64,000 nt of DNA, taken from the NCBI GenBank assembly GCA_948439995.1, contig CAOJNP010000001.1, forward strand, positions 394 through 64,393, in the 5' to 3' direction. Below the pieces are notes generated by a model. The model worked only from the letters and a program-made list of their open reading frames with translations, was not told where the DNA came from and made no database searches. Positions within the stretch are counted from its first letter, which is position 1; each line of letters starts with the position of its first letter. This stretch comes from an uncultured Erysipelotrichaceae bacterium. GTDB lineage: Bacteria; Bacillota_I; Bacilli_A; RF39; UBA660. Below, piece after piece: positions 62,597-64,000 of the stretch. The position numbers and the translations under genes are program-made.

Positions 62597-63564
62597 TCTT
62601 CAAATTTCCTTTCTTCTGCCTGATGAAATGTAGTTAATTTTCCTATTTTTACTTTTGGATGAGCATATATTAAATGATCTGGATAGGCATTGGATGTCAA
62701 TAAATATATTTTATCTTGGCTTATAGCAAAATTCCAACTAACATAACCTATTTGAGGTATTTCTAAGCATATTTCATCAATAATTTTTAATAGTTCATCC
62801 CATAATGGGATTTTTATATTATTTATTTTTTCATTAGTAGTAGGATGTAATTCAAATAATTCTTTTTTTATATTCATTGCTGGAGCATTCACGACACCTG
62901 TTTTAATATCTATTGGGGCTATCAATCCTCCGTAATGAAAATTGTCTGTATTTATGTTATTATTCCCTATATTGATATAGGAAGCAACAATACTTCCTAA
63001 TAGAGTTACGATTGTAATGGTATTTAAACTTTTAGGATGTAATTTTTGTAAATCTTCATGTCCTGTTATTGGTTCTGATATCAATGTAAAATGATTTTCT
63101 AATAGTTCTTCATATAAATCTTTTAATTTTGTTAAATCTGTAGTAATTTTTCTTCTTATTTTTGTTCTTTTTTTTGATTCTGCAAAAAATATAGGATGAT
63201 TTTGACAAAATATTGCAAATTCTTTTTTATTATTTCCATTTATTATCAAACATTCACGATTCATGTATTTTGTAAAACTTTTATAAAATAATTCTATATC
63301 AAGAAAAGGATTAATATATTTTTGAATATTATATTTTAAAATATAATCTCGATTTATTCCTTTTAATACTAAACTTTTTCTTTGTAAAGTATTTAAACTA
63401 CTCATTCCAAAAAAGAAATAATCTTGAAAAGAAGCTTTATATTTTATTTTACAATTTATTAATTCTTTGATTGTTAGTGACAAATTTTCAATACCATGTA
63501 TTTTTTTTAATTGTTCATAAGTATTTTCTAATTTGATTGGTTTTACTTTATTTTTTAAATTCAT
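62593..63564 (-). CDS. Hypothetical protein, possibly ATP-grasp-like
   Basis: 323-aa ORF with normal codon usage, overlapping rpiB stop; weak resemblance to sugar-transfer-associated ATP-grasp proteins. Confidence 0.25.
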   Translation of the reverse strand: MNLKNKVKPIKLENTYEQLKKIHGIENLSLTIKELINCKIKYKASFQDYFFFGMSSLNTLQRKSLVLKGINRDYILKYNIQKYINPFLDIELFYKSFTKYMNRECLIINGNNKKEFAIFCQNHPIFFAESKKRTKIRRKITTDLTKLKDLYEELLENHFTLISEPITGHEDLQKLHPKSLNTITIVTLLGSIVASYINIGNNNINTDNFHYGGLIAPIDIKTGVVNAPAMNIKKELFELHPTTNEKINNIKIPLWDELLKIIDEICLEIPQIGYVSWNFAISQDKIYLLTSNAYPDHLIYAHPKVKIGKLTTFHQAEERKFEE

Positions 63565-63770
63565 TTTGATTTCCTCATTGCTATTATATCAAAAAGTAAT
63601 TCTCTTGAAAAGAAGGCAATTCCCTTAGGAAAAAAGCATATTAATATTCGAAATTTAGATTTTTGTTCCTGATTTTCTAAAATTTTTTTTATTTTTTTAT
63701 ATTTTTTAGGTTTTTTGATGAGCTACTTATTTTATCAGTACATAGCTTATATTAGAAAGGAGTTCAAAAA

Positions 63771-64000
63771 ATGAACGAAAATGATTTCATGTTTGAACAT
63801 GAAAATAATAAAGATTGTCTATGTAAAGTATTAAAATGCATGGTTAAATGTGGTCCTACTGGTCCAACGGGTCCTACTGGCCCTACTGGTCCTAGAGGTG
63901 CTACTGGTCCTACTGGTCCTCAAGGTGTTACTGGCCCTACTGGTCCTCAAGGTGTTACTGGTCCTACTGGTCCCCAAGGTGCTACTGGCCCTACTGGTCC
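63771..64000 (+). CDS. Collagen-like triple-helix repeat protein (BclA-type), 3'-partial
   Basis: RBS AAAGGAG then [27 protein letters not shown] followed by [34 protein letters not shown]... GXY repeats to window end; codons GC-rich relative to genome. Confidence 0.7.
   Translation, partial: MNENDFMFEHENNKDCLCKVLKCMVKCGPTGPTGPTGPTGPRGATGPTGPQGVTGPTGPQGVTGPTGPQGATGPTG

Noticed and set aside
1-64000. Mobile elements, prophage, rRNA/tRNA genes
   Set aside because: No transposase, integrase, phage structural motifs, terminal inverted repeats or GC-rich cloverleaf-like segments were found; the region reads as conserved chromosomal backbone with a few accessory insertions

Overview
The window is about 73% A+T and looks like chromosomal DNA from a spore-forming Firmicute (Clostridia-like); I did not assign a species. 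Most genes are on the minus strand and follow an origin-proximal Firmicute order. There are no rRNA or tRNA genes, no CRISPR array and no recognisable mobile element. Reading high to low coordinate on the minus strand, the core genes are secA-hpf-csp, prfB with its programmed +1 frameshift, tilS-ftsH, parA-parB, mscS-DUF951-ychF and rpsF-ssb-rpsR. These are followed by rplI-dnaB, ung, rlmH, ftsE-ftsX with an M23 peptidase, whiA, clpP (plus strand), a TGS-uridine-kinase fusion, then gap-pgk-tpi running directly into spo0A, and gpmI. Sporulation genes are frequent: spo0A, spoIID, a spoIIQ-like degenerate LytM protein, spoIIID, gerQ and a partial collagen-like BclA-type gene at the window end. 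Accessory content includes a sortase-B gene beside a putative substrate with a sorting-signal-like tail, and a glycine-rich protein. There is also a HipA-like kinase inserted between rplI and rpsR, and a complete agr-type quorum-sensing locus (agrB, agrD, agrC, agrA) in an unusual convergent arrangement whose agrD appears frameshifted. The most striking gene encodes a 2613-aa surface protein. It has an NPCBM-like domain, a transglutaminase-like Cys/His/Asp core, an F5/8 type C domain and about 20 near-identical ~80-aa Ig-like repeats ending in a C-terminal membrane anchor. Many ORF-track start codons are upstream extensions that begin at alternative start codons, some lying inside a ribosome-binding site. 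Where an ATG with a Shine-Dalgarno sequence was visible, I used that start.
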